Counted from the first letter of the stretch, positions 38,808 through 48,839 are shown. The stretch is DNA of 64,000 nucleotides from Microbacteriaceae bacterium (GCA_030841285.1 JAVECW010000071.1:1176-65175); one strand, 5' to 3'. The notes: a model not told the origin generated them from the letters alone. Program-made: numbers and translations.

Positions 38808-40343
38808 ATGACCGTCGGTCGCACACTGTCCATCGCCCTGCTCGGGCTGAGCGGCGCCGTTGTCGAGATCGAGGCCGATATTGCGAACGGGCTGCCCGCA
38901 TTCGTCCTGATCGGCCTGCCAGACACCGCCCTCGCGGAGGCGCGCGACAGGGTTCGTGCCGCCGCCGCAAACTCGGGGTGCCCATTGACCGGCCGCAAGC
39001 TCACGATCAACCTGTCTCCTGCGGCACTGCCCAAGCATGGCTCGGGATTCGATCTCGCCATCGCGATGGCGAGCCTCGCGGCGGCGGGAGACGTGTCCCG
39101 CGATTCGGTGGCCTCGGTGGTCCACCTCGGTGAACTCGGGCTCGATGGGCGGCTGCGCCCCGTCGCCGGCGTCCTGCCAGCCGTCCTCGCCGCATCCCGG
39201 GCCGGTTTGACGCGCGTCATGGTCCCTGCGGGCAACGCCGACGAGGCGAGCCTCGTGCCGGGGATGACGGTGATTCCTGTCGTTTCGCTGCGTGACGCGG
39301 CGATTTGGCATGGCGGGGAGTATCAGCCGATCCCTGTCGATGCCGTCGAGCTGCCTGTGCAAGATGATCGCGAGGAGGACGGACTCGACCTGGCTGACAT
39401 CGTCGGCAACGAGGAGGCCATCGAGGCCATGCTCGTCGCCGCATCCGGTGGTCACCACATGTTTCTCCTTGGTCCACCCGGTGCTGGCAAGACCATGCTT
39501 GCGGCGCGGTTGCCCGGGATACTGCCTGACCTCGACGGCACGGCGGCTCTCGAGGCGACATCCTTGCGGTCCCTGTCCGGTCGCCCGGTTGGAGCTGCGC
39601 TCGTGCGCCGGCCACCCCTCGAGGCGCCGCACCATACGGCGACAGCTGCGGCGATGGTTGGCGGAGGAAGCAGCCACATTCGGCCGGGCGCCGCGGCTCG
39701 GGCCTCACACGGAATTCTGTTCCTCGACGAGGCGCCCGAGTTCGCGTCCTCCGTGCTCGATGTGCTCCGACAGCCGCTCGAATCCGGCATGATCAGCATC
39801 CATCGAGCCAATGCCGTCGCGCATTTTCCCGGCCGTTTCCAGCTCGTCATGGCTGCGAATCCATGCCCCTGCGGGCAGTATGGCGCAACGGATTCCGAGT
39901 GCACATGCACCCCGACAGTGCGGCGCCGCTATCTCGGGCGGGTGTCCGGACCGCTGCTTGACCGGATAGACATCCAGCTGTGGTTGCGTCGGATCACGAC
40001 CGCCCAACTCCGCCTGGCGAACGACGAGCACCGGCTCTCGAGCGCACGGGCCAGGGAGCGAGTGATCGCGGCCCGCGGTGCCGCGGCGGAACGGCTGCGG
40101 AACACGCCATGGAGTCTGAACGGGCAGGTTCCCGGAGCGTGGCTCCGGAGCCCGGTACGCGGACTCGGGCGAGCGACGACCGCATCACTGGATCGTGCGC
40201 TCGAGCGAGGCGGGCTGACCATGCGCGGATACGACCGCGTGCTCCGGCTGGCCTGGACCGCGGCCGACATCGATGGCGCTGCGCGCCCGACGGCGGAGCA
40301 CATCGGAAAGGCCCTCTACCTGCGAAGGGGAATGACACAGTGA
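38808..40343 (+). CDS. YifB/ComM-family Mg-chelatase-like AAA+ ATPase
   Basis: ORF 38667-40343 trimmed to ATG 38808 (MTVGRTLSIALLG). Lon-like N-terminal domain, Walker A GPPGAGKTML, Walker B GILFLDEAPEF. Confidence 0.92.
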   Translation: MTVGRTLSIALLGLSGAVVEIEADIANGLPAFVLIGLPDTALAEARDRVRAAAANSGCPLTGRKLTINLSPAALPKHGSGFDLAIAMASLAAAGDVSRDSVASVVHLGELGLDGRLRPVAGVLPAVLAASRAGLTRVMVPAGNADEASLVPGMTVIPVVSLRDAAIWHGGEYQPIPVDAVELPVQDDREEDGLDLADIVGNEEAIEAMLVAASGGHHMFLLGPPGAGKTMLAARLPGILPDLDGTAALEATSLRSLSGRPVGAALVRRPPLEAPHHTATAAAMVGGGSSHIRPGAAARASHGILFLDEAPEFASSVLDVLRQPLESGMISIHRANAVAHFPGRFQLVMAANPCPCGQYGATDSECTCTPTVRRRYLGRVSGPLLDRIDIQLWLRRITTAQLRLANDEHRLSSARARERVIAARGAAAERLRNTPWSLNGQVPGAWLRSPVRGLGRATTASLDRALERGGLTMRGYDRVLRLAWTAADIDGAARPTAEHIGKALYLRRGMTQ

Positions 40344-41593
40344 GCATCTTTGGCCTCGATCCTGATCAGGTGCGCGAACTCGTCGGGCGCGTGAGCGCCG
40401 CCGGCCCGGCTGCCGAGACCGCCGACATCTCCGATCGGTTTGCGCGGGCGGCCTGGTCCACCGTCGCCGAGCCCGGTGACGGGGATGCTGGGCTCCTGGT
40501 TCGTGCGCTCGGCGCCGCTGAGGCACTGACGGCCGTGATCGAGAAGTGGCCGGAGCGGAGAATCGTCGAGGCGGTGCGCGAGGTCGACCCCGCGGCATCC
40601 GATGCCTTAGCCGGCGGCGCGCCCGATGCCCTTCGACGGTGGCTTCCACGGCTCCTCTCGGTGACTGTCGTCCGCGCATTCGAGCAGGCCGCACGCACCC
40701 AGGCGCGCTTGCTGACCCCGGCCGATCCGTCCTGGCCGACCGGACTCGAGGATCTCGGCTCTCATGCCCCGATCGCACTCTGGTGCCGAGGGCAGATCGA
40801 GGCATGCACCGCGATGGAGCGATCCATCTCGCTCGTCGGCGCGAGGGCGTCGACCGGATACGGCGAGCACGTGGCGATGGAGGCGGCGGCCGGACTCGTC
40901 GATCGCGGGTTCGCTATCGTGTCCGGCGCCGCGTACGGCATTGACGGGATGGCCCACCGGGCCGCGCTCGCAAGTCGTGGCGTGACGATCGCTTTTCTCG
41001 CGGGCGGCGTCGACCGGTTCTATCCGAGTGGCCACGACGCGCTGCTCGGGCGCATCGTCGAATCCGGGGCCGTCCTCTCGGAGCTGCCGTGCGGAGCAGC
41101 GCCGACCCGGTGGCGTTTCCTGCAGCGCAACCGTCTCATCGCGGCGGCGAGCCAGGCGACGATCGTCCTGGAGGCGGGATGGCGTTCCGGCTCCCTCAAC
41201 ACCGCCGGTCATGCCGCCGCGCTCGGGCGTCCGCTCGGAGCGGTGCCGGGGCCCGTCACCTCACCGACTTCGGCGGGATGCCACCGGCTGATCCGCGACT
41301 ACGGCGCGATCTGTGTCACGGATGCCGCCGAAATGGCGGAGCTTGCCGGTGAGCCGAGTGGGCGGGCCGGGTTTCTCGACGTGGCGAACGGCTCGGGGGA
41401 GGAGCGGCGCAGCGCAGATGAAACCCGCGTGCGGGATGCACTCAGTCAGCGGAGCGCCCGATCCGTAGCCGACATCGCGAATCGAGCCGGCATGACCATC
41501 TCGTCTGTCGAGGGCGTGCTCGGCACCCTCGCGCTCGAGGGCGCGGTGCGCGAACGGGAGAAGGGCTGGGTGTTCGTGGCAGGCAGACAATGA
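40340..41593 (+). CDS. dprA: DNA-processing protein DprA
   Basis: GTG overlaps the yifB stop (GTGA). Rossmann-like core GARASTGYG...SGAAYGIDGMAHRAAL. C-terminal winged-helix-like region. Confidence 0.88.
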   Translation: MSIFGLDPDQVRELVGRVSAAGPAAETADISDRFARAAWSTVAEPGDGDAGLLVRALGAAEALTAVIEKWPERRIVEAVREVDPAASDALAGGAPDALRRWLPRLLSVTVVRAFEQAARTQARLLTPADPSWPTGLEDLGSHAPIALWCRGQIEACTAMERSISLVGARASTGYGEHVAMEAAAGLVDRGFAIVSGAAYGIDGMAHRAALASRGVTIAFLAGGVDRFYPSGHDALLGRIVESGAVLSELPCGAAPTRWRFLQRNRLIAAASQATIVLEAGWRSGSLNTAGHAAALGRPLGAVPGPVTSPTSAGCHRLIRDYGAICVTDAAEMAELAGEPSGRAGFLDVANGSGEERRSADETRVRDALSQRSARSVADIANRAGMTISSVEGVLGTLALEGAVREREKGWVFVAGRQ

Positions 41594-41655
41594 CCGCCAT
41601 CGGTGGTTCGCCGTAGTCTGTCCGTACGTCCGAGAGGACGACGGAGGGAGTCGCA

Positions 41656-42561
41656 GTGAGCGTGCAAATGGGGCAGTATCCGGAGCCTGGACATGTCGTT
41701 GTCCACATGAGCGACACGCACTTCCTCGCCGAGGGCGCGCGGCTTTACGGCCGCGTTGACACGGACTCGACGCTGGGGCGGGCGATGCGCCAGCTCAAGC
41801 GTTCCGGCATCCACCCCGACGCGATCGTCTTGACCGGGGACATTGCGGATCGCGGCGAGGCCGACGCATACGGCAGGGTCCGTGCGCTCGTCGAGCCCCT
41901 CGCCGACCAGCTCGAGGCCGAACTCGTCTGGGTCATGGGCAACCACGACGAGCGGGGTGGGTTTCGCGCGGGCCTGCTCGACGAATCGCCGTCGAGCGCG
42001 CCGGTCGACCGGGTCGTCGTGGTCAATGGACTTCGTATCATCGCCCTCGACTCGAGCGTTCCCGGTTTCCACCACGGTGCGCTCGATGACGGCCAGCTGG
42101 ACTGGTTGCGGAGCGAGCTCAGCGAACCTGCGCCGCACGGAACGATACTGGCACTGCATCATCCACCCATTCCAACCGCGCTCCCGCTCATGACGATCCT
42201 CGAGCTGCAACAGCAGGACCGCCTCGCCGAGGTGTTGGCGGGGAGCGACGTCCGTGCCATCCTGGGCGGCCATCTCCACTACGCGACGACGGGATCATTC
42301 GCCGGAATTCCCGTGTCCGTTGCAGCCGCGACGTGTTACACCATGGATCTCAGCGCGCCGACGCGCCAACTCGAGGGCATCGCCGGCGGGCAGTCGTTCA
42401 ATCTCATCCACGTGCATGCCGACCAGCTCGTGCACTCCGTCATCCCGATCACAGACGCCGAGGTTGTGACGCGCTTCGACGACGCCTTCCTGACCAGGAT
42501 GGAAGGCCTCGACCGCGAGGGCCGCATCGAGGCCTTCTCGCGGTTCGTGGCGCCCGCGTAG
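41656..42561 (+). CDS. metallophosphoesterase (CpdA/Rv0805-like cyclic-nucleotide phosphodiesterase family)
   Basis: Calcineurin-like motifs in order: SDTH, TGDIADRG, GNHD, HHPP, GHLH. Confidence 0.85.
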   Translation: MSVQMGQYPEPGHVVVHMSDTHFLAEGARLYGRVDTDSTLGRAMRQLKRSGIHPDAIVLTGDIADRGEADAYGRVRALVEPLADQLEAELVWVMGNHDERGGFRAGLLDESPSSAPVDRVVVVNGLRIIALDSSVPGFHHGALDDGQLDWLRSELSEPAPHGTILALHHPPIPTALPLMTILELQQQDRLAEVLAGSDVRAILGGHLHYATTGSFAGIPVSVAAATCYTMDLSAPTRQLEGIAGGQSFNLIHVHADQLVHSVIPITDAEVVTRFDDAFLTRMEGLDREGRIEAFSRFVAPA

Positions 42562-42634
42562 CGGACTCCGGCCAGAGCAGGCCCGGCCGGAGCGTCGCTG
42601 CTGCGTTCGGCCTGCGGAGGACGAAGCTAGAGGC

Positions 42635-43552
42635 GTGGAACTGGAGCGCTCGATCGACGACTTCGTGAGATACCTCACGGTCGAACGGGGATTCTCGCGT
42701 CACACGATCCGTTCATACGGCTCGGACCTGGCGGCGCTGCACGCCTTCGCGCAGACCAGGGGTATCTCCGCCGCCGACGCGCTCACGCTCGACCTGCTGC
42801 GGGACTGGCTCTGGGCCGGGTCCCAGGCCGGGCTCGCCAAGGCAACCCTCGCGCGCCGCTCGGCGACGGCCAGGAGCTTCAGCGCCTGGCTCGCACGAAA
42901 CGGCTCCACGAGCACGGATGCTGCGGCCCGGCTGCGCGCGCCGCGCCCCGACCGCACCCTCCCGCGCGTGATCACACGGGTGCTGATGGACGAGATCCTC
43001 GGTGGACTCATCGAGCGCGCGAGGGAAAGGGATCCGATCGCCTTGCGGAACCTGGCCGTGATCGAGCTGCTTTATGCTTCGGCACTGCGCGTCTCCGAGC
43101 TCACCGGACTCGATTGCACGGACGTCGACCTCGACAGGCTGACGGTGCGCGTCCTCGGCAAGGGATCGAAGGAGCGCGTCGTTCCGTTCGGCGTTCCGGC
43201 GCAGTCGGCGCTCGTCGACTACCTCCGCGTTGCTCGACCCGCGCTCGTTCCGACCGCGGCGGATGCGGACGCCGACCACGCACTCTTCCTGGGCTCCCGA
43301 GGGCGCCGGCTGGGCACACGCTCGGTCTACGAACTCGTGGCGTCCCTGCTCGCCGAGGTTCCCGGCGGCGGGCCCGCCGGGCCGCACGCCCTGCGGCACA
43401 CGGCCGCGACGCATCTGCTCGACGGGGGAGCGGACCTCCGGGCCGTGCAGGAGTTGCTCGGTCACGCGAGCCTGGGCACGACCCAGATCTACACGCACGT
43501 CTCGGCCGAGCGGCTCAAGGAAAGCTACCGCAGCGCCCATCCGCGCGCCTGA
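42635..43552 (+). CDS. xerC: site-specific tyrosine recombinase XerC
   Basis: 305 aa, GTG start. Catalytic residues in ASALRVSEL (Arg), HALRHTAATHLL and LGHASLGTTQIYTHV (His/Arg, Tyr). Position after dprA is typical of xerC in actinobacteria. Confidence 0.88.
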   Translation: MELERSIDDFVRYLTVERGFSRHTIRSYGSDLAALHAFAQTRGISAADALTLDLLRDWLWAGSQAGLAKATLARRSATARSFSAWLARNGSTSTDAAARLRAPRPDRTLPRVITRVLMDEILGGLIERARERDPIALRNLAVIELLYASALRVSELTGLDCTDVDLDRLTVRVLGKGSKERVVPFGVPAQSALVDYLRVARPALVPTAADADADHALFLGSRGRRLGTRSVYELVASLLAEVPGGGPAGPHALRHTAATHLLDGGADLRAVQELLGHASLGTTQIYTHVSAERLKESYRSAHPRA

Positions 43553-43583
43553 CCCGCCGCGCGTCGGAGCTCAGCGCGCGCCT

Positions 43584-43653
43584 TCAATCAGCGCGTGTCC
43601 TCAAATCAGCGCGGGCCCTCAATCAGCGCGTGTCCTCAAACCAGCGCAGTGGC
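43584..43653. repeat. tandem 17/18-bp direct repeats (4 units, equal to 2 x 35 bp) spanning the xerC / M23-peptidase convergent spacer
   Basis: Units are TCAATCAGCGCGTGTCC (43584-43600), TCAAATCAGCGCGGGCCC (43601-43618), TCAATCAGCGCGTGTCC (43619-43635, identical to unit 1) and TCAAACCAGCGCAGTGGC (43636-43653). A partial copy TCAGCGCG is at 43571. Confidence 0.85.
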
Positions 43654-44180
43654 AGGAGCACGGCTCTGGGCACGCCGCCGAGATAGAGCATGGGTGAGAC
43701 GTATTCACCGCGTAGCCGCACACCGAAGTGCAGGCAGGCGCCATCGCAGTGCCCTCCCGACCCGAGGATGCCGATCTGCTCGCCTTTCCGAACCTCCTGG
43801 CCCTCCGCGAGAGCGGATTCGACAGGCTCGAAACTCGACATGAGCTCACCGGCATGCGCGAGCGAGACGACGCCGCGATCGACAACGCGACCCACGAAGG
43901 ACACAACGCCATCGGCGGGCGCCACGACCACGTCGCCGGCGCGCGCGGCGAGGTCGATGCCGCGGTGGCCAGCGGAGAAACGCGTGGCCGGCGCCTCAAA
44001 GGCGCTCGTGACGCGCCAGGGAGGGGCGACCGGCCAGGCCCAGGAGCGTGCAGCCGACTCCCACGCCCCGACCGGCAGAGCCGCACCACCAACCGCGGGC
44101 GTCGATGGGATCGTGACGAACAGGAGCGTGGCGGCAACCACGCCCGTCAACCGCAGGGTGACCCTCGTCGCGCGCGTCAT
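43623..44180 (-). CDS. M23-family metallopeptidase (secreted)
   Basis: ORF 43623-44435 trimmed to ATG 44180. N-terminal signal/TM segment. HRGIDL (HxxxD) and C-terminal LHFG(V) His motif. Confidence 0.85.
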   Translation of the reverse strand: MTRATRVTLRLTGVVAATLLFVTIPSTPAVGGAALPVGAWESAARSWAWPVAPPWRVTSAFEAPATRFSAGHRGIDLAARAGDVVVAPADGVVSFVGRVVDRGVVSLAHAGELMSSFEPVESALAEGQEVRKGEQIGILGSGGHCDGACLHFGVRLRGEYVSPMLYLGGVPRAVLLPLRWFEDTR

Positions 44181-44522
44181 CCGGCCAGTCTCAGGGCTGC
44201 ACGTCGAGAGCCGTCGCGTGGTTGCTCGCTCAGTGGAGAACTCCGCCTCACGCAACCCGTGCAGGACGTCCGGCACCCGAGTGCGATGCCCCGAGCACTC
44301 GGCAACGACCGCCCTGACGGGTGATAAGCTTCTTCCTGCACCTCGCTTGTCGGGGTGACTACGCGTGCCCACTCGGGCGTCACATCCTACGGTCCTCAGC
44401 CGAAAAACCGGCAGGGGCGGACGTGCGCCGGGCACCAGGAGTGGCGATCATCCGATCGCTGCAGTAACCGATTGGCATCCGCACGGCTCAGCGCTGACGG
44501 ATGCTGGAAAAGGAGTACGGCA

Positions 44523-45476
44523 ATGGCCGTCGTAACCATGCGCCAGCTGCTCGACAGCGGCGTGCACTTCGGGCACCAGACCCGCCGTTGGAACCCGAAG
44601 ATGAAGCGCTTCATCTTGACCGAGCGTTCCGGCAGCTACATCATCGACCTCCAGCAGTCGCTGGCGTACATCGACAAGACGTACGAGTTCGTGCGCGAGA
44701 CCGTTGCCCACGGCGGCACGATCCTCTTCGTCGGCACCAAGAAGCAGGCCCAGAACGCCATCGCCGAGCAGGCGACGCGCGTCGGCCAGCCTTATGTCAA
44801 CCAGCGTTGGCTCGGCGGTCTGCTCACCAACTTCCAGACGGTCTCCAAGCGGCTCGCGCGTATGAAGGAGCTCGAGGAGCTCGACTTCGAGGGCACCACG
44901 AGCGGCTTCACCAAGAAGGAACTGCTCATCAAGAAGCGCGAGCTCGACAAGCTGCACAAGTCGCTTGGCGGTATTCGCAACCTGACGAAGACGCCGAGCG
45001 CGCTCTGGGTGGTCGACACCAAGAAGGAGCACCTCGCGATCGACGAGGCCAAGAAGCTGGGTATCCCGGTCATCGGCATCCTCGACACGAACTGCGACCC
45101 AGACGAGGTCCAGTACCCGATCCCGGGTAACGACGACGCGATTCGCTCGGTCGGCCTACTCACGCGCATTGTCGCGGATGCTGCTGCCGAAGGTCTGATC
45201 CAGCGCCACCAGAAGCCTGAAGAGGGTGCGGAGCCCGCTGAGCCGCTGGCCGAGTGGGAGCTCGAGGTGCTGCAGTCATCCGAGGATGCGACCCCGGCCC
45301 AGTCGAGCGCTGAGACCGAGAAGGTCGCCGACCTGGCCGAGGCCAAGGTCGAAGCCGAGGAGATCATCGCCGCTGAGCAGACGGCCCCGGTCGCTGCCGA
45401 GGCAGACGCTGCCGAAGCGACCGAAGCTGCCGAAGCGACCGACGCTGCCGAAGCGACCGACGCAGACAACAAGTAA
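44523..45476 (+). CDS. rpsB: 30S ribosomal protein S2 with acidic C-terminal extension
   Basis: ORF 44355-45476 trimmed to ATG 44523, 7 nt after [29 protein letters not shown]. About 70 extra acidic C-terminal residues. Confidence 0.95.
   Translation: MAVVTMRQLLDSGVHFGHQTRRWNPKMKRFILTERSGSYIIDLQQSLAYIDKTYEFVRETVAHGGTILFVGTKKQAQNAIAEQATRVGQPYVNQRWLGGLLTNFQTVSKRLARMKELEELDFEGTTSGFTKKELLIKKRELDKLHKSLGGIRNLTKTPSALWVVDTKKEHLAIDEAKKLGIPVIGILDTNCDPDEVQYPIPGNDDAIRSVGLLTRIVADAAAEGLIQRHQKPEEGAEPAEPLAEWELEVLQSSEDATPAQSSAETEKVADLAEAKVEAEEIIAAEQTAPVAAEADAAEATEAAEATDAAEATDADNK
45408..45461 (+). repeat. 3 x 18-bp in-frame tandem repeat in the rpsB 3' end ([18 protein letters not shown])
   Basis: GCTGCCGAAGCGACCGA(A/C) is repeated three times head-to-tail. 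It is in frame with rpsB (45408-44523 = 885 = 3 x 295). Confidence 0.9.
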
Positions 45477-45500
45477 CGTACGAGACGAGGTTCGAATCAC

Positions 45501-46328
45501 ATGGCAAATTTCAGCGTCGCTGACGTCAAGGCCCTGCGCGAGCAGCTCGGCACGGGCATGGTCGACACCAAGAACGCTCTGGTTGAAGCAGACGGCGACC
45601 TCGAGAAGGCCACCGAGATCCTGCGACTGAAGGGTGCGAAGGGCAACGCCAAGCGCGCCGACCGGTCGACGAGCGAAGGTCTTGTGGCCGCCAAGGAGAA
45701 CGGTGGAACCGCGACGCTCATCGAGCTCGCGTGTGAGACCGACTTCGTCGCGAAGGGCGAGAAGTTCATCGCCCTGGCGGACAAGGTGCTCGATGCGGTT
45801 GTTGCCGCTGGCGCGACCACGGTCGACGCGGGCCTCGCCGCCCCCGCGGGCGGCAAGACGGTCGCCGACCTGATCAACGACGAGGCTGCGATCCTCGGTG
45901 AGAAGATCGAGCTGCGGCGCATCGCCGTCGTCTCCGGCGAGAACTTCGCGATCTACCTGCACAAGACCTCCAAGGACCTGCCCCCGCAGGTCGGTGTCGT
46001 CGTCGGCTATGCCGGCAGCGACGCGGAGACGGCTCGCAGCATCGCGCAGCACATCTCGTTCGCCAACCCGGAGTACCTCGCTCGCGATGACGTCCCGACC
46101 TCGGCCGTCGAGAACGAGCGTCGTATCGTCGAGGAGATCTCGCGCAACGAGGGCAAGCCAGAGGCGGCACTCCCGAAGATCATCGAGGGTCGCCTCGGTG
46201 CATACTTCAAGCAGGTCGCCCTGCTCGAGCAGGACTACGCCAAGGACAACAAGCTGGTCGTCAGCTCGGTTCTCAAGGATGCCGGTCTCACGGTGTCGGG
46301 CTTCGCCCGCTTCAAGGTCGGCGCCTAG
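45501..46328 (+). CDS. tsf: translation elongation factor Ts
   Basis: 275 aa. N-terminal UBA-like VKALREQLGTGMVDTKNALVEADGDLEKA. Confidence 0.96.
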   Translation: MANFSVADVKALREQLGTGMVDTKNALVEADGDLEKATEILRLKGAKGNAKRADRSTSEGLVAAKENGGTATLIELACETDFVAKGEKFIALADKVLDAVVAAGATTVDAGLAAPAGGKTVADLINDEAAILGEKIELRRIAVVSGENFAIYLHKTSKDLPPQVGVVVGYAGSDAETARSIAQHISFANPEYLARDDVPTSAVENERRIVEEISRNEGKPEAALPKIIEGRLGAYFKQVALLEQDYAKDNKLVVSSVLKDAGLTVSGFARFKVGA

Positions 46329-46340
46329 CAGGATCATGAG

Positions 46341-46380
46341 GGAGTCCGGATCGCGAGTGCGATCCGGACTCCTTTTCTGT
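46341..46380 (+). terminator. Rho-independent terminator after tsf
   Basis: GGAGTCCGGATCGC (46341-46354), loop GAGT, GCGATCCGGACTCC (46359-46372). This is a perfect 14-bp stem followed by TTTTCTGT. Confidence 0.8.
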
Positions 46381-46461
46381 CTGCGAGGCGGCCCGCATTC
46401 TGTACGCGCCGCGGCACGCAGTAGTTTTAGACGAGATCGCAACGGAAGGACGTAGGAACGC

Positions 46462-47178
46462 ATGTCGGAATCTCCCAAGAGGCGCAGGGTCCTTCTCAAG
46501 CTCTCCGGTGAAGCGTTCGGTGGAGGCGCCCTGGGCGTCAATCCGGATGTGGTCGGTTCCCTCGCTCGCGAGATCGCCGAGGCAGCGACCGACGTGGAGG
46601 TTGCCGTGGTTGTCGGAGGTGGCAACTTCTTCCGCGGAGCAGAGCTCTCACAACGCGGAATGGATCGCGGACGTGCCGACTACATGGGCATGCTCGGCAC
46701 GGTGATGAACGCGCTGGCGCTGCAGGATTTCCTGGAGCAGGCGGGCGCTGCGACGCGCGTGCAGTCGGCGATCTCGATGACCCAGGTCGCCGAGCCGTAT
46801 ATTCCGCGCCGGGCCGAGCGCCATCTCGAGAAGGGCCGCGTCGTCATCTTCGGTGCCGGCGCAGGGCTCCCATACTTCTCGACGGACACGGTCGCCGCCC
46901 AGCGTGCCCTCGAGATTGGCGCGGATGTCGTGTTGGTCGCCAAGAACGGTGTCGATGGCGTGTACTCCGCGGACCCGCGCACCGACCAGTCGGCCACCAA
47001 GATTCACGAGATCACCTACCAGGAGGCGCTCATCCAGGGGCTCAAGGTCGTCGACTCGACGGCTTTCAGCCTGTGCATGGACAACCGGATGCCGATGGTC
47101 GTTTTCGGCATGCATCCGGATGGCAACGTGGCCGCGGCCATTCGCGGTGAGCGAATCGGAACGGTCGTCAGCGCCTAG
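46462..47178 (+). CDS. pyrH: UMP kinase
   Basis: 238 aa. Motifs [13 protein letters not shown] and GGGNFFRG. Confidence 0.96.
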   Translation: MSESPKRRRVLLKLSGEAFGGGALGVNPDVVGSLAREIAEAATDVEVAVVVGGGNFFRGAELSQRGMDRGRADYMGMLGTVMNALALQDFLEQAGAATRVQSAISMTQVAEPYIPRRAERHLEKGRVVIFGAGAGLPYFSTDTVAAQRALEIGADVVLVAKNGVDGVYSADPRTDQSATKIHEITYQEALIQGLKVVDSTAFSLCMDNRMPMVVFGMHPDGNVAAAIRGERIGTVVSA

Positions 47179-47242
47179 GTCTTGCCTGGGCCAGCAACAT
47201 TAGAGGTATTACTAAACTGGGCAGACGCCCAACAATGAAGGA

Positions 47243-47803
47243 GTGACCGTGATCGCGGATGTGATTTCCGATGCGACTGCGCGCATGAGCAAGACCGTCG
47301 AGGCCGCAAAGGATGACTTCGGGACGGTTCGCACCGGGCGCGCTAACCCGCAGCTGTTCCAGAAGATCCTGGTCGACTACTACGGGTCGCCGACTCCGCT
47401 CGCGCAGCTCGCCTCGCTGCAGAACCCCGAGGCACGCACGCTTCTCGTGACGCCGTACGACAAGTCGGCGCTCAAGGAGATCGAGAGGGCCATCGTCAAC
47501 ACCCCCAACCTCGGTGCGAACGTGGGCAACGATGGCGAGATCGTCCGCGTGACGCTGCCGGAGCTCACCGAGGAGCGTCGTCGCGAGTTCGTGAAGATCG
47601 TCCGCGGCAAGGGTGAGGACGCCAAGGTCGCGATCCGGAACATCCGCCGCAAGGCCAAGGATGACCTCGACGCGCTCAAGAGCGAGGTGGGAGACGACGA
47701 CGTGGCCCGCGGCGAGAAAGAGCTCGAGCAGGTCACCAAGGCGCACGTCGACGCCGTCGATGAGGCGCTGCGGCGCAAGGAAGTCGAACTCCTCGAGGTC
47801 TAG
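47243..47803 (+). CDS. frr: ribosome recycling factor
   Basis: 186 aa. Motifs [17 protein letters not shown] and [17 protein letters not shown] 47249 (6 nt after GAAGGAG) is an equally plausible start. Confidence 0.94.
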   Translation: MTVIADVISDATARMSKTVEAAKDDFGTVRTGRANPQLFQKILVDYYGSPTPLAQLASLQNPEARTLLVTPYDKSALKEIERAIVNTPNLGANVGNDGEIVRVTLPELTEERRREFVKIVRGKGEDAKVAIRNIRRKAKDDLDALKSEVGDDDVARGEKELEQVTKAHVDAVDEALRRKEVELLEV

Positions 47804-47816
47804 GGGCATTACCGTC

Positions 47817-48839
47817 ATGTCGCAAGGACCTTTGGACGATCCGGAGATACCGCCCGCCGGCCGTCGCGGTCGCACGGGCCGCGCCGAGTTCAAGGCGCAA
47901 GTCAAGTCCACGCGTGCCGACATCGAGCGTCAGGTGCTGGCCACGCGCGCCGACATCGAACGCCAGATGCAGGCACGGAAGGCGCAACTGGATGCCACGA
48001 ACGAGCGGATCGAGGCGCGAACCGGCCGCAATCTGATCCTGGCCATCCTCATCGGCCTCGGCTTCGGGCTGCTGATGCTGTTCAGCCTCATCGTCATCAA
48101 AGAGCTGTTCATGGTCGTCGCGGCCGCTTCCATCGCGTTTGCCGCGTTCGAACTCACCCAGGCGCTGCGGGCAGCTGGTCGCTCGGTGCCACGCATCCCG
48201 GCCGTACTCGGGGCGGTAGCGGTCGTGCCCGCGGCCTACTACTGGCATTCCGCCGGCCAGCTCATTGCCATTGGCGGAGGGATCATCCTCGTCTGGGTGT
48301 GGCGGCTTGTGTCCGCCCTTGCCCCCTCACGCCGAGTCACGGCCGTGCAGCTGTGGCGCGAGCTCGGTGCCGGCGCTCTGATCCAGGTCTACGTCGCCTT
48401 CCTCGGGAGCTTCTCGGTGCTGCTCCTCGCCGAGACGGGTGGCCAGTGGTGGACGCTCGCGTTCCTGCTCGCGGTCATTGCGGTCGACACGGGGGCGTAC
48501 GTGAGCGGGTTGCTTTTCGGCCGGCATCCCATGGCGCCGACGATCAGCCCGAAAAAGACATGGGAAGGCCTGGCCGGGGCCGCCATGGCGAGCGTGATTG
48601 CCGGGATCTTCCTGGCGACGTTCATGCTGGGGGAGCCGTGGTGGTTCGGGTTCGTCTTCGGGCTCGTCCTGCTCTTCACGGCGACCATCGGCGACCTCGC
48701 TGAGTCGCTCGTCAAGCGCGACTTGGGCATCAAGGACATGAGCTCCTGGCTGCCGGGGCACGGTGGGTTCCTGGATCGGCTCGACTCGATTCTGCCCTCC
48801 GCCGCCGCCGCATACGCCCTATTCCTCATCTTCCGATAA
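47817..48839 (+). CDS. cdsA: phosphatidate cytidylyltransferase
   Basis: ORF 47613-48839 trimmed to ATG 47817. Polytopic. CTP-transferase signature SLVKRDLGIKDMSSWLPGHGGFLDRLDS. Confidence 0.88.
   Translation: MSQGPLDDPEIPPAGRRGRTGRAEFKAQVKSTRADIERQVLATRADIERQMQARKAQLDATNERIEARTGRNLILAILIGLGFGLLMLFSLIVIKELFMVVAAASIAFAAFELTQALRAAGRSVPRIPAVLGAVAVVPAAYYWHSAGQLIAIGGGIILVWVWRLVSALAPSRRVTAVQLWRELGAGALIQVYVAFLGSFSVLLLAETGGQWWTLAFLLAVIAVDTGAYVSGLLFGRHPMAPTISPKKTWEGLAGAAMASVIAGIFLATFMLGEPWWFGFVFGLVLLFTATIGDLAESLVKRDLGIKDMSSWLPGHGGFLDRLDSILPSAAAAYALFLIFR

Noticed and set aside
43571-43653. 17/18-bp tandem repeats next to xerC as a dif site or mini-CRISPR
   Set aside because: A dif site is a single ~28-bp imperfect palindrome, and this is a direct repeat without dyad symmetry. 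It has only 4 contiguous units and no spacers. Half of it is the coding 3' end of the M23 peptidase gene.
44181-44460. c-di-AMP (ydaO-type) riboswitch on the minus strand upstream of the M23 peptidase
   Set aside because: I reverse-complemented the region and looked for the conserved ydaO blocks (GGGGACCCA-like, GGGUGAAUC-like, CAGCUAACC-like). None is present.
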